Made by a program: the position numbers and the translations under genes. From contig JBMYVL010000007.1 in the NCBI GenBank assembly GCA_049606355.1, forward strand, positions 91,723 to 123,722: 32,000 nt of DNA, in the 5' to 3' direction. This DNA comes from Opitutales bacterium. GTDB taxonomy: Bacteria > Verrucomicrobiota > Verrucomicrobiia > Opitutales > Coraliomargaritaceae. Each line of letters starts with the position of its first letter. The stretch's first letter is position 1. The notes beneath the pieces were generated by a model. That model saw only the letters and a program-made list of their open reading frames with translations. It was not told the origin of the DNA and ran no database searches. Positions 12,280 to 22,390 of this stretch are shown one piece after another.

Positions 12280-13575
12280 CTAAATTCGGATACTCAGTGA
12301 GTGGCCGTGCCCATCCAGTTGTTCGAGACGTGCAAAGCTATCGACCACTGGGGCCGCGTTCGCCAGACTCTTGGCATCGTAGCGCACAATGCTCGAGCGA
12401 CGCATAAAATCAATCGCCTGCAAGCCACTGAAGAAACGACCCGCGCGTCCGGTAGGTAGTGTATGGCTTGGTCCGGACGTGAAGTCGCCCACAACAGTCG
12501 GCGTCATGTAGCCCTGTAAAATCGCACCCGCGGTGGTGATTTGTCGCGTAAGTGGCTCGATCGACTTGTCGGCAACCTGCAACTCCAAGTGCTCGGGAGC
12601 GATGTAATTTGCCACAGCCGCACACTGCTCCATGGTTTTGCAACGGACCACAAGATAGCGGTTGCGTAGGATCTTCGCGATTTTCTCTGCATGCCTGCGC
12701 TCAGAAACCTGCTGTGCAAGCGCTTTCTCAATCTTAGCGATCAATGCCGGACTGGTTGTCGCGAGATAAATAATTTCTTTGCCGCTACCATGTTCGGCTT
12801 GAGCAATCAGGTCGGCTGCCACGTGCTGCGCGGTTGCGCCGGCATCTGCAATAACCATCAACTCACTTGGTCCGGGTAGCAGGTCGATGCCTACGGTTCC
12901 GAGCACCTGGCGCTTCGCTTCCATTACATAGGCATTCCCGGGACCGAAAATTTTATCCACTGCAGGAATGGTCTTCGTCCCATAAGCAAGGGCACCAATC
13001 GCTTGAACTCCTCCGACCTTATATACCTCGTCGACCCCCACTAATGCCAGGGCAGCCAACATGCCGGGAGCAATGGATCCGTCCGCTGCCGGCGGGGTAC
13101 ACACCGCAATTTCAGGGTTCCCGACCAGCTTTGCCAGCACCGCAGTCATTACTACGGTGGAAACCAGTGGGACATTGCCGCCCGGAATATAAAGACCCAC
13201 ACGCTGTATCGGGTAGAAGCGCTCACCCACACGGGCTCCTTGCGCGTTGGTTGCCTTCCAGTTCTTAGGCAAGGTTTGCTTATGAAATGCTTTGACCTGT
13301 GCGATCGATTCGCGAATCGCTTTACGGTCGGTCGCGCTCAAAGTTTGAACTGCCGCCCGCATCTCTGCCGCAGCAACACGCATGCCTTTGGCGGTGAGCT
13401 GCGCGCCATCGAATTTTTCAGTTGCTTGTAAGACCGCCTTATCGCCTCGCGCACGGACTGCCGCGAGCACATCTGCAACCACATTGGATACATCACCGGA
13501 CGCAGTTGCCTGCTCACAAAACTTACGCAACGCTTTGGTGAATGTCGGCGTGTCAGAGTACTCGAGAATTTTCAT
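12280..13575 (-). CDS. hisD: Histidinol dehydrogenase
   Basis: LYIPGGNVPLVSTVVM, IAQAEHGSG, GPSHTLPTGRAGRFFSGL. 431 aa. Confidence 0.94.
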   Translation of the reverse strand: MKILEYSDTPTFTKALRKFCEQATASGDVSNVVADVLAAVRARGDKAVLQATEKFDGAQLTAKGMRVAAAEMRAAVQTLSATDRKAIRESIAQVKAFHKQTLPKNWKATNAQGARVGERFYPIQRVGLYIPGGNVPLVSTVVMTAVLAKLVGNPEIAVCTPPAADGSIAPGMLAALALVGVDEVYKVGGVQAIGALAYGTKTIPAVDKIFGPGNAYVMEAKRQVLGTVGIDLLPGPSELMVIADAGATAQHVAADLIAQAEHGSGKEIIYLATTSPALIAKIEKALAQQVSERRHAEKIAKILRNRYLVVRCKTMEQCAAVANYIAPEHLELQVADKSIEPLTRQITTAGAILQGYMTPTVVGDFTSGPSHTLPTGRAGRFFSGLQAIDFMRRSSIVRYDAKSLANAAPVVDSFARLEQLDGHGHSLSIRI

Positions 13576-13764
13576 GCTGTCGGATAGAGAAACAGTTCAT
13601 TTGCGTTTCGGCAAGACAGCGCAGCTATTTCTTTTAAGCACGACCAGGCGAGTTTCCACAAGCGCGCCGCCAGCCAACGACTACTGAACAATCTACAGAA
13701 AAGCAGCGCTGGGCTGTTAGGAATCGCAGGCAGTTAAACCGATCGAAGTGCGCACGCGGATACG

Positions 13765-15312
13765 CTACTCCCACTCAATCGTGCTGGGCGGTTTGGAACT
13801 GATGTCGAGAACCACACGATTACAACCGGACACTTCGTTAATAATACGGCTCGAAATGGTGCGCAGCACCTCGTAGGGAACACGCGCCCAATCGGCCGTC
13901 ATCGCATCCACACTCTCTACGATGCGAAGTGCCACCACGTTTTCATAAGTGCGCTCGTCGCCCATTACGCCGACCGTCTTAACCGGCAGAAAAACACAGA
14001 ACGATTGCCAGACCTTGTAATATAGATCCGCTGCCATCATTTCCTCGTGCAAAATCGCGTCGGCTTTACGCAAGACTTCGAGATCCGCTTCCTCGATCGG
14101 CCCCATCACCCGCACACCGAGGCCAGGCCCCGGGAAAGGCTGCCGCCAAACAACTTCTTTCGGCAGTCCTAATTGCGTGCCAAGCTCCCGAACCTCATCC
14201 TTGAACAACTCACGCAAGGGCTCGAGCAGCTTCAAATTCATTTTTTCGGGAAGCCCACCAACATTATGATGGCTTTTGATGAGGGCTGCCGGGTTGCCAT
14301 CAATCGCTACGGATTCGATCACATCCGGATAAAGGGTCCCCTGTGCAAGGAAGGTGTAATTACCATGCTCTTTGAGGTCATGCACCGCCTCATCGAAGAC
14401 CTCAACAAAAGTATTACCGATGATCTTGCGCTTTTGCTCCGGATCGGAGACCCCCGACAAGCGGTCGAGGAAAAGTTTAGCCTTATCGGCCACGCGCACA
14501 TCCAAATCAAAGTGATCCCCATAAAGTTTTTCGACCTGCTCGCGCTCATGCAAGCGCAGCAAACCATTATCAACAAAGACGCAGGTTAACTGTCGGCCGA
14601 TCGCCTTGTGGATGAGCGCGGCGGCAACGGAAGAATCCACACCACCGGAAAGTCCGAGGATCACTCTCTCCTCACCTACGCTGTCGCGAATCTTCTGCAC
14701 CGTCTGCTCGATGTAATTCGCCATCGACCAATCGGCTTTACAGCCACATATCTTAAAGAGGAAATTAGCGATCACCTCGGTTCCCATTTCCGAGTGCGCC
14801 ACTTCCGGATGAAACTGCATGCCGTAAAAATTACGCTCGGCATTTTCGATGGTAGCGTACGGCGAGTTCTCGGTAGATGCAATTGCCGCGAACCCTTCGG
14901 GTAGTGCTTCCAGACGATCCCCGTGAGAGTTCCAGACGCGCAAACTATCCGGTAAGCCATCAAAGAGCTTACCCTTCTCTGCAATGCTTAGGGTACCATG
15001 GCCAAATTCACGCTCCGCACTTTTCGCAACCTTCCCGCCAAGCATATGGGCCATGAGTTGTTCGCCGTAGCAAATCCCCAAGACGGGCACGCCCAGCTCA
15101 AAGACTGCCGCATCGGGACGGGGAGACCCTTCAATCAAAACAGAAGACGGGCCACCGGACAGAATGATACCCTGTACATCGGCATCTTGCAGCACGCTGG
15201 CTTGCGTATTGTAAGGATAAATTCGGGACAGGACATTGGCCTCGCGAATGCGACGGGCAATCACCTGTGTGTATTGAGAACCGAAATCGAGAACTGCGAT
15301 ATGCTCTGGCAT
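13765..15312 (-). CDS. guaA: GMP synthase (glutamine-hydrolysing)
   Basis: GATase Cys in [11 protein letters not shown]-loop [10 protein letters not shown]-terminal KPPSTIEWE. 515 aa. Confidence 0.96.
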   Translation of the reverse strand: MPEHIAVLDFGSQYTQVIARRIREANVLSRIYPYNTQASVLQDADVQGIILSGGPSSVLIEGSPRPDAAVFELGVPVLGICYGEQLMAHMLGGKVAKSAEREFGHGTLSIAEKGKLFDGLPDSLRVWNSHGDRLEALPEGFAAIASTENSPYATIENAERNFYGMQFHPEVAHSEMGTEVIANFLFKICGCKADWSMANYIEQTVQKIRDSVGEERVILGLSGGVDSSVAAALIHKAIGRQLTCVFVDNGLLRLHEREQVEKLYGDHFDLDVRVADKAKLFLDRLSGVSDPEQKRKIIGNTFVEVFDEAVHDLKEHGNYTFLAQGTLYPDVIESVAIDGNPAALIKSHHNVGGLPEKMNLKLLEPLRELFKDEVRELGTQLGLPKEVVWRQPFPGPGLGVRVMGPIEEADLEVLRKADAILHEEMMAADLYYKVWQSFCVFLPVKTVGVMGDERTYENVVALRIVESVDAMTADWARVPYEVLRTISSRIINEVSGCNRVVLDISSKPPSTIEWE

Positions 15313-15348
15313 GATGTAAGAGAGACTCTGTGTGGCGTGTGCTGTAAA

Positions 15349-15582
15349 CTAAAATCTAAGGCGACCGTTGGTAAATCCACATTGTGGGCACTCGCATTCG
15401 TTGCTCGCAAAGGGACCAGTGTAAATCTGGCTGCACTTAATACAGTGATAAATCACCTTTGGGCGGTGTGCCTGAAAGCGATGGCTATCGCGCCAATCAC
15501 TGTAGAACCATAAGCCGAAGAGCAGCAGAAAACCGCCTCCCAGATAAAGTAGAAATAAAATATCTACATCAATTGAGATCAC
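15349..15582 (-). CDS. Small (77 aa) membrane-anchored zinc-ribbon protein of unknown function
   Basis: One N-terminal hydrophobic helix, ILFLLYLGGGFLLLFGLWFY. It is followed by CIKC-x13-CECPQC (two CxxC pairs). GTG start at 15582, 3 nt after the smc stop codon. No competing gene on the other strand apart from an antisense-type ORF. Confidence 0.55.
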   Translation of the reverse strand: MISIDVDILFLLYLGGGFLLLFGLWFYSDWRDSHRFQAHRPKVIYHCIKCSQIYTGPFASNECECPQCGFTNGRLRF

Positions 15583-15585
15583 GAT

Positions 15586-18500
15586 CTAGAACGGCTGCTG
15601 ACTTTCCGCTCCCACCAACTCAGGGTGATTGGTGTCCTTGTTAAAGCGCATCGAAATAAGAGTAGAGACGCCCTTCTCTGGCATCGTCACCCCAAACACT
15701 GTATCCGCATTGGATATCGTGCGCTTGTTGTGCGTAATGATCAGAAATTGCGACTTAGCGGTAAACCCATGCAGCGTCTCGCAGAAACGGCCAATATTTG
15801 CATCATCCAATGCCGCATCGATTTCGTCCAAAACACAGAAGGGACTCGGGCGCACCATATAAATGGCAAAGAGCAGCGCCACGGCAGCCATGGTACGCTG
15901 TCCGCCGGAAAGCAGGGAAACACTCTTGAGACGCGTTCCCGGGGGGCGCGCTATAATTTCAATACCCGACTCCAACGGATCTTCGGAATCGATCAACTTC
16001 AAGTCCGCGGCTCCGCCACCCGAAAGCTTCTCGTAAGTGAACGCAAAATTCTTCTTCACCTGTTCGAAAGTATCGCGGAACAATGATTGCGAGGTCTCGT
16101 TGATCTCATCGATCGTCTTCACCAATGCATTCTTCGAATTCCAGAGATCCTCACTCTGCTTCTTCAGGAAATCGTGGCGCTCCTTTAAGTCCGCATACTC
16201 ACTGATCGCATCCAAATTAACGGGGCCCATGTTTGCGATACGCCCCTTTAATTCATGCACTTCACGCTCAACCTCGGACCAATCAGTCGTATCCATTTCG
16301 GCAAGCTCCGCTTCAGTTGGGTCACGACGTTCCTGCTTCGGTTGCGCGGCAATTTGATCCGGATCATCCATTGCGTCGAGATTCACGCGCTTCTCAAATT
16401 CGATATTCGCTTCCCATAGCTCGGCCTTCCAATCAACTCCCTCCAGTTCGATTTGGTACTCATCCTGAGCTGAGCTCTGTACGAAGCCAATCTGCGAGCG
16501 TTCCTCAGCCAAGCGTACCTCCAGCTTAGTCAGTTCCTGATCCAGAGTGCGGCTGACGTTTCGGCGCTCGGACAGACCACTATCGATGCTGGATATTTTC
16601 ACATCCATTTCCTTAAGCGCCTGCCGGTCTTGCTCGAGTTGTTCGGTCGCCACCGTCAGTGTCTTTTCTAATTCGACACTTTTTTCCGACTCGCTCACAC
16701 GACTGCCCTTGAGCTTGGCAATCTGTTCATGAATCGTATCAATTTCTTGGTTACGTCTTAAAATACGCTCTTGTAAGCTGCTGGTTTCACGCTGCACCTC
16801 ACTGAGGGCACGGTCGAGTGATTCCAAGCGCTGTTTGCGTTCCGCTAGTTCCAAACGTACATCGGCTAAAGCTTCGCGCTTTGCATCGCGGGCTTCACGG
16901 GCTTGGTGAATCGCCGTCTCCAAATCCACTCCCCCTTGGCGCTCCGTAGAAAGACCTGCTTCCGCCGCTTTCAATTCCTGCTTCGCTTCCTCTAATTCGC
17001 GCACAGAGTCACCATGCTGGGCATCCAGTTTGGCAATTTGATCCTGACTACTCTGCTGGCTCCGAGCATTTTGCTCTATTTTTTCCTGTTGGGTGCGCTC
17101 CTCTGCAACCAGTACCGAAACTTCACTGGCGAGCTCTCCGAGTCGCTGACGCTCGGCTTCTACCAAGGCTTCCACTGCATTACGTTTTTCGTCGAGGGTT
17201 GCCGCAGCTTCGCGTTGAGCATTCAGCTCTTTGCGCTCGGCATCAATCTCACTGCGCAATTGGCGAATTTCCGCTTCACGCTCCAGCACACTGGATGCTT
17301 TTTTACCGGAAGTCCGCCCACCGTGAATGAGGCCGCGGCAATCAATGATCTCACCGCTCTTCGTTGCGGCGAAAAGAAAATTCAACTCCGGCGTCGCTTT
17401 CCAAAACTCAACAAAGCTTTCCAAACTCTCGGCAAAATAGCAGCCGGACAGCAAGCGCTGAACCGGCCCATACAAGGCGTCATCACGAACATTAACAACG
17501 GAAGCGGCTGGTACGATGTGGTCGTGTAGTTTCGCTTTTGGTGTACCGACCGCAGCATCTATATCGATCTGAAGACAGGCTCGACCCAACGACTCCGCAT
17601 CCAGTCGACCAATCACGGAAAGTGCCTTTTGCGAATCGCCAACAAAGAGCGCCTCCATGGCGGGACCGAGTAACGCTTCGAGGGCCTTGGTATAGTGCGC
17701 CTGTACCTTCAACTCCTTGGAGACAATCGAGACCGTATCTTTCGAGACGAGATCGCCCAACTTGTCGCCCAAAATTGCTTTTGCACCTTCACCGAACCCT
17801 TCAAATTTAGCCTGCAAACCTTCCAGGATATGGAGCTGAGCGGTTTTGCGTGCGATACTGCGATCCTGTTCCTGGATTTGCTCCTGCAATCCGCGGAACT
17901 GAGTGAGTACCGATTGCGACTCCGCACGCGCTTTTTCCAGGGCGGACTCACTGGACTGTTGCTCCTGTTGTCGCTTTTCCAGCACACGTCGAATTTCAAC
18001 AAGGCCTTGCTCAAGGCCCGCCACCTCATTTTTGAGCTCAACAACCGTTTCCGTAAGAGCCGCGTGTTTGACCTGATAGGTCTTCAAGTCGACTTCCAAA
18101 GTTGTGCAACGGGAGCGCGCACGATTGATGCGATTCTCAGCGAGGAGAACCGATTGGCGACTCTCCTGGAGTTCCGCCTCCATTTTACCTAAGTCCTCTT
18201 GGGCTTTCACCAACTCGTGACTACGGTCCTGAAAAATACGGTCGGAATCGTCGACCACCCCAAGCTGTAATTGCTTATTCTCGGTCTCATTTTGGGCGCG
18301 TTCGGCGAGTGCACGCTTTTGCCCTTCTAAATCTTCGATCTCCTTGCGGTATTCGGCAATGCGACCTTCGAGATCCTTGCTGCGAATATCCGCGAACTCC
18401 GCCTGGTTGTCGGCATTCTCTTTTTCCGAGCGCAAGTTATACACGCGCTGCTGAAGATCCTGCATTTTTTCAAACAGTTCAGCACGCGCAGACTTTTGCT

Positions 18501-19311
18501 CCGTCAATGCCGTTTCGTCCGACTCCAGCGATTCCGCATGAGCCTCCAAGTTTTGACGAACTTCATTCGCGCGCGTGGCTACTTGATCAATCGATGCCTT
18601 TAAATTATTGTGGCGGTAGGCGCTGAACGCTAGATCGAGGTGCGAGAGGCGGTGTTTAATCCGCTGGTAGCGAAGTGCTTTACTCGCTTGCCGTTTCAAC
18701 GAACCGATTTGACGGCTCACCTCTTCAATGACGTCGGTAACGCGCGCTAGATTGGCATCCACCAGCGCCAGTTTATTCAGTGCCTCTTTGCGCTGCGCTT
18801 TGTAAAGCGTGATGCCCGCAGCTTCCTCAAAGATGGTGCGCCGCTCTGCGGGGTTGGTCGACAATACCTGATCGATTTGCCCTTGCAGCATGAATGAGTA
18901 AGAAACGCGCCCTACACCGGTATTCGCAAACAAGCGCTGAATATCCTTCAAGCGCGACACCTTACCGTTGATGTAGTAATCGCTGCCCCCTTCCCGAGTC
19001 ACACGGCGCGAGATCTCGACTTCATTGAATGCGGTGCCTAATTCCGCTTCGCAGTCTGTGAATGTCAGCGCGACTTCACAGACCGGCAGCGCCTTACGCT
19101 TATCAGTCCCCTCAAAAATCACATCCTGCATGGAGGCGCCGCGCAAGGCCTTGGCACTTTGCTCTCCCAATACCCAACGAATCGCATCGACAATGTTACT
19201 CTTACCACAGCCGTTCGGGCCAACCACCGCCGTCATTCCGCGTCGCAAATCCAAACGCGTACGGTCCGCAAAACTCTTAAAACCACTGATGACGATCTCT
19301 TTGAGATACAT
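15586..19311 (-). CDS. smc: Chromosome segregation protein SMC
   Basis: 1241 aa. Walker [10 protein letters not shown], long coiled coils with a central hinge, signature [16 protein letters not shown], Walker [13 protein letters not shown]. Confidence 0.96.
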   Translation of the reverse strand: MYLKEIVISGFKSFADRTRLDLRRGMTAVVGPNGCGKSNIVDAIRWVLGEQSAKALRGASMQDVIFEGTDKRKALPVCEVALTFTDCEAELGTAFNEVEISRRVTREGGSDYYINGKVSRLKDIQRLFANTGVGRVSYSFMLQGQIDQVLSTNPAERRTIFEEAAGITLYKAQRKEALNKLALVDANLARVTDVIEEVSRQIGSLKRQASKALRYQRIKHRLSHLDLAFSAYRHNNLKASIDQVATRANEVRQNLEAHAESLESDETALTEQKSARAELFEKMQDLQQRVYNLRSEKENADNQAEFADIRSKDLEGRIAEYRKEIEDLEGQKRALAERAQNETENKQLQLGVVDDSDRIFQDRSHELVKAQEDLGKMEAELQESRQSVLLAENRINRARSRCTTLEVDLKTYQVKHAALTETVVELKNEVAGLEQGLVEIRRVLEKRQQEQQSSESALEKARAESQSVLTQFRGLQEQIQEQDRSIARKTAQLHILEGLQAKFEGFGEGAKAILGDKLGDLVSKDTVSIVSKELKVQAHYTKALEALLGPAMEALFVGDSQKALSVIGRLDAESLGRACLQIDIDAAVGTPKAKLHDHIVPAASVVNVRDDALYGPVQRLLSGCYFAESLESFVEFWKATPELNFLFAATKSGEIIDCRGLIHGGRTSGKKASSVLEREAEIRQLRSEIDAERKELNAQREAAATLDEKRNAVEALVEAERQRLGELASEVSVLVAEERTQQEKIEQNARSQQSSQDQIAKLDAQHGDSVRELEEAKQELKAAEAGLSTERQGGVDLETAIHQAREARDAKREALADVRLELAERKQRLESLDRALSEVQRETSSLQERILRRNQEIDTIHEQIAKLKGSRVSESEKSVELEKTLTVATEQLEQDRQALKEMDVKISSIDSGLSERRNVSRTLDQELTKLEVRLAEERSQIGFVQSSAQDEYQIELEGVDWKAELWEANIEFEKRVNLDAMDDPDQIAAQPKQERRDPTEAELAEMDTTDWSEVEREVHELKGRIANMGPVNLDAISEYADLKERHDFLKKQSEDLWNSKNALVKTIDEINETSQSLFRDTFEQVKKNFAFTYEKLSGGGAADLKLIDSEDPLESGIEIIARPPGTRLKSVSLLSGGQRTMAAVALLFAIYMVRPSPFCVLDEIDAALDDANIGRFCETLHGFTAKSQFLIITHNKRTISNADTVFGVTMPEKGVSTLISMRFNKDTNHPELVGAESQQPF

Positions 19312-19465
19312 GTATTCGTAAACTAATTATCTGTAAGCTAGGGTAGAAACGATCAAAACAAGCGGCAGGTCCGCGCCCCGCAACCTTAAAACACCCAGGG
19401 AGGAAACTGTTGCCAAGCGATTCCCCTTCACCTAGCCTGCTAACCTTGCTATCCAATTGTTATTT

Positions 19466-20368
19466 ATGCCTTTGCCGAATCAATGCTCGCGCGACGAATG
19501 GCCCCTTAAAGCCTACAAAAACCTCGACTTTCTGAACACCGATGCGGCTCGGCAGATACGCGTCCTCTGCGAGATGACGGAACCGGGCTTGCGCTTTGAT
19601 GCTGAAGACATCAAAGACACCATCGTCCTATTTGGATCCGCGCGGATCGTACCGCCCGACGAAGCGGCAGCCAAGCTCGCCAGAGTACAAGCTGACTGCG
19701 GCGACCGCAACGCGCCTACCGCGGAAGAAAAACGGCGACTCCATTTCGCAGAATGCAACGTACGTTCCGCCAAGTATTACACTTCTGCCGCCGCCTTAGC
19801 CGAGCAACTCACCCAGTGGTCGATGAACCTACCCGACCACCACCAACGACGCTTTGTCATTTGCTCAGGAGGCGGACCGGGCATCATGCAAGCCGCCAAC
19901 CAAGGGGCACACGCCGCCGGAGGAAAATCCATCGGGCTTGGCATCAGCCTGCCCTTTGAGCAGGGCGTGAATCATTACATCCCGGAAGAATTGAAATTTG
20001 AATTCCATTACTTCTTCGTGCGCAAGTTCTGGTTTGTTTCACTGGCCAAGGCACTGGTGGCCTTCCCCGGAGGCTTTGGTACGCTCGACGAGCTCTTTGA
20101 AACACTCACCCTGATTCAAACTGCTAAAATCAAATACCCAACACCGGTAGTACTCTTCGGGAGTGAGTTTTGGAATGAGGTGGTCAACTTCGATGCATTG
20201 GTTCGCTGGGGCACGATTTCACCGGAAGACCTGCAACTCTTTCGTATTGTTGATACCGTCGAAGAAGCCTATACGCATATCGTCGAGCAACTCAGCGAGC
20301 GCTTCCTCAATCAGCCGGACTCCCTGCTGCAACGTGCCGATGCAGACAAGCGCCCGGGCGAATCCTAA
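19466..20368 (+). CDS. LOG / TIGR00730-type Rossmann-fold nucleotide N-ribohydrolase family protein
   Basis: GGGPGIMQAANQGA and the family signature PGGFGTLDELFE. The track start at 19457 is TTG. The in-frame ATG at 19466 (MPLPNQ...) is preferred. Confidence 0.85.
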   Translation: MPLPNQCSRDEWPLKAYKNLDFLNTDAARQIRVLCEMTEPGLRFDAEDIKDTIVLFGSARIVPPDEAAAKLARVQADCGDRNAPTAEEKRRLHFAECNVRSAKYYTSAAALAEQLTQWSMNLPDHHQRRFVICSGGGPGIMQAANQGAHAAGGKSIGLGISLPFEQGVNHYIPEELKFEFHYFFVRKFWFVSLAKALVAFPGGFGTLDELFETLTLIQTAKIKYPTPVVLFGSEFWNEVVNFDALVRWGTISPEDLQLFRIVDTVEEAYTHIVEQLSERFLNQPDSLLQRADADKRPGES

Positions 20369-20371
20369 GAC

Positions 20372-21358
20372 TTAGGCTAAATTCGGCTGATAGGCATCAT
20401 GCAGGCGAATCAACCCGATTAATTCACGGGTGTTCGTACGAACCACAGGGAGCACCGAAACCTGCGACTGCCGCTCTTCCATTAAGCGCACCGCTTCGCC
20501 CAGCAAGCGTTCCGGATGAGTTGCCAGCGGATCCCGCGTCATACACTCGCGAATCGGAACACTTAAAATATCGTCCGACTTTGATAATAAACGGCGCACA
20601 TCACCATCAGTCAAAATACCGAGCAGATTGCCATCGGCATCAACGACGCACGCGGCGCCAAATGGATACTCCGTCATACGAATGACGACCTCACGCAGGG
20701 TATCCGTCGCTTGCGCGCAAGCGATACGATCACATGGATGCATGACCTCTCCGACGGTTAATAACAAGTTGCGGCCCAATTGGCCACCGGGATGGAAGCT
20801 GGCAAACTCCTCCGCCGTGAATCCGCGCGCTTGTACCAAAGCGGCAGCCAAGGCATCGCCCATCGCCAGACTCACCGTAGAACTCGAGGTCGGCATTAAA
20901 TTTAACGGATCCGCTTCGGTTTCGACACTCGCATCTAGCACCACGTCGGCCGCTTGAGCAATTGGCGAATCGACATTGCCGATAATTGCAATCACCGGAG
21001 ACTCAAACTTTTTGAACATCGGCATTAGGCGCAGTACTTCTGCAGTACTACCACTCTTACTTAACACGAGAGTCGGATCGCCGGGTTGATAGACACCTAG
21101 GTCACCGTGAATCGCTTCCGCCGCATGCATAAACACCGAAGGAATGCCACAGCTCGAAAAAGTTGCGGCCAGCTTAGCACCAATATGGCCAGACTTCCCA
21201 ATACCACAAATCACCAACTTGGACTTAGTATTTAAAATAATCTCTAAGGCGCGCTCAAAGGACGCATCCAATCGACCCGCCGCAGTTTCGATCGCTGCCG
21301 CCTCAGCCAACATTGCCTGACGACCCATCTCGAGACCTTGAACACACTTTTTCGACAT
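20372..21358 (-). CDS. kpsF: KpsF/GutQ-family arabinose-5-phosphate isomerase (SIS + tandem CBS)
   Basis: SIS motif VICGIGKSGHIGAKLAATFSSCGIPS. The C-terminal CBS pair includes GAACVVDADGNLLGILTDGDVRR and VSVLPVVRTNTRELIGLIRLHD. Confidence 0.9.
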   Translation of the reverse strand: MSKKCVQGLEMGRQAMLAEAAAIETAAGRLDASFERALEIILNTKSKLVICGIGKSGHIGAKLAATFSSCGIPSVFMHAAEAIHGDLGVYQPGDPTLVLSKSGSTAEVLRLMPMFKKFESPVIAIIGNVDSPIAQAADVVLDASVETEADPLNLMPTSSSTVSLAMGDALAAALVQARGFTAEEFASFHPGGQLGRNLLLTVGEVMHPCDRIACAQATDTLREVVIRMTEYPFGAACVVDADGNLLGILTDGDVRRLLSKSDDILSVPIRECMTRDPLATHPERLLGEAVRLMEERQSQVSVLPVVRTNTRELIGLIRLHDAYQPNLA

Positions 21359-21522
21359 GCAGACGAGCTAAGCTCGCCGAGTGCTGCAAGTAAAGCAATT
21401 TGCCAACCTGCGCCCAGCGTCCTTACAAAAGTCTCGAGCCACTGCGAGTGGTGCTTCGCGCTCGCCATACGATCGATTGAAAATAAGCTGCTAGGTATAG
21501 GAACACTCTAACCCGTGAACAA

Positions 21523-22323
21523 ATGATTAAAAAAATAAGCATTCTCGTTATCCTGCTACTCATTCTGGGTGGCAGCGTGGTTTATTTCTTTGGCTCTGCC
21601 TTGCTGAATAAAGGAATCAAGGTTGGCATTGAATCACTCGGCCCGCAAATCACACAAACTGCGGTGACGCTCGATGCCGTGAATGTGTCCCTACTCTCGG
21701 GCAAGGGAATGCTACAATCGCTGACTGTAGCGAATCCGTCCGACTTTAAAAATGAGCATATTTTCACGCTGGGGCGAGTGGACATCGATATCGATATGAG
21801 TTCCCTGCTGGGTGACTCATTCGTCATTAACAAAATCCATATACGACAGCCGCAGATTAGTTACGAAAAGAACTTAACGGGCTCCAACCTGAAAGCGCTA
21901 CAGCAAAGTATTGCAGCCTTTTCGGGAGCCGAGGCAGCCGATGATCGTAGGGATGCAGCCACGGACGGCACTCCGTCGAAAACAAGCAAACGAGTCCTCA
22001 TCAAAAAACTCATCATCGAAGAAGGCACCATTTATGTTGGCTTTCTCGGTGCCGGGGCGCAGACACCTTTGCCCCGGATCGAAATGGATGACATCGGGGC
22101 GGATGACACAGAGCAGTCCATTGATCAAATCATCGCTCTCATCCTAACCGAAGTGATTCAAGTGATTGGACCTGCCCTTGCGAGTTCAGGAGAATTCTTG
22201 CAGGAGGGCGGACAGACCGTGCTCGAAACGCTCGAGTCGACGCTGCTGAAGGGTGCCGATGCGGGCACTCGAGAAGTTCTCAATAAAGCCAGCGAGCAAC
22301 TCAAAAACCTACTTGGTCAGTAA
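21523..22323 (+). CDS. Signal-anchored envelope protein, AsmA/DUF748-like N-terminal region (tentative)
   Basis: N-terminal helix KKISILVILLLILGGSVVYFF. This is followed by GPQITQTAVTLDAVNVSLLSGKGMLQSLTVANP and INKIHIRQPQISYE, which resemble the AsmA-like N-terminus. 266 aa. Confidence 0.55.
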   Translation: MIKKISILVILLLILGGSVVYFFGSALLNKGIKVGIESLGPQITQTAVTLDAVNVSLLSGKGMLQSLTVANPSDFKNEHIFTLGRVDIDIDMSSLLGDSFVINKIHIRQPQISYEKNLTGSNLKALQQSIAAFSGAEAADDRRDAATDGTPSKTSKRVLIKKLIIEEGTIYVGFLGAGAQTPLPRIEMDDIGADDTEQSIDQIIALILTEVIQVIGPALASSGEFLQEGGQTVLETLESTLLKGADAGTREVLNKASEQLKNLLGQ

Positions 22324-22338
22324 GGCCTCAAATGCCGC

Positions 22339-22374
22339 AAAAAAAAAGCGGCGTACCATGGGAAGTACGCCGCT
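22339..22374 (-). terminator. Intrinsic terminator after the secretin gene (hairpin shared with the convergent plus-strand gene)
   Basis: 10-bp perfect stem AGCGGCGTAC/GTACGCCGCT (22347-22356 and 22365-22374) with an 8-nt loop. On the minus strand it is followed by a run of 9 U (A-tract at 22339-22347). Confidence 0.8.
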
Positions 22375-22390
22375 CGTTGAAAATCGTTCC

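Noticed and set aside
14173-15513. Plus-strand ORFs of 138, 98 and 171 aa antisense to guaA
   Set aside because: They are shadow ORFs opposite a 515-aa GMP synthase with all signature motifs. No independent evidence supports them.
15625-18626. Multiple plus-strand ORFs (153, 106, 171, 165 and 105 aa, among others) inside smc
   Set aside because: They lie antisense to the SMC coiled-coil coding region. Glu/Lys/Leu/Arg-rich coiled-coil codons generate long open antisense frames. No motifs are present.
20359-20385. The stop codons of the convergent LOG-family and kpsF genes are embedded in the palindrome CCTAAG-A-CTTAGG, flanked by CGAAT...ATTCG
   Set aside because: The 6-bp arms with a 1-nt spacer cannot form a stable RNA hairpin, and the outer arms are interrupted. 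This is probably just a tight convergent junction (3-nt gap) rather than a designed element.
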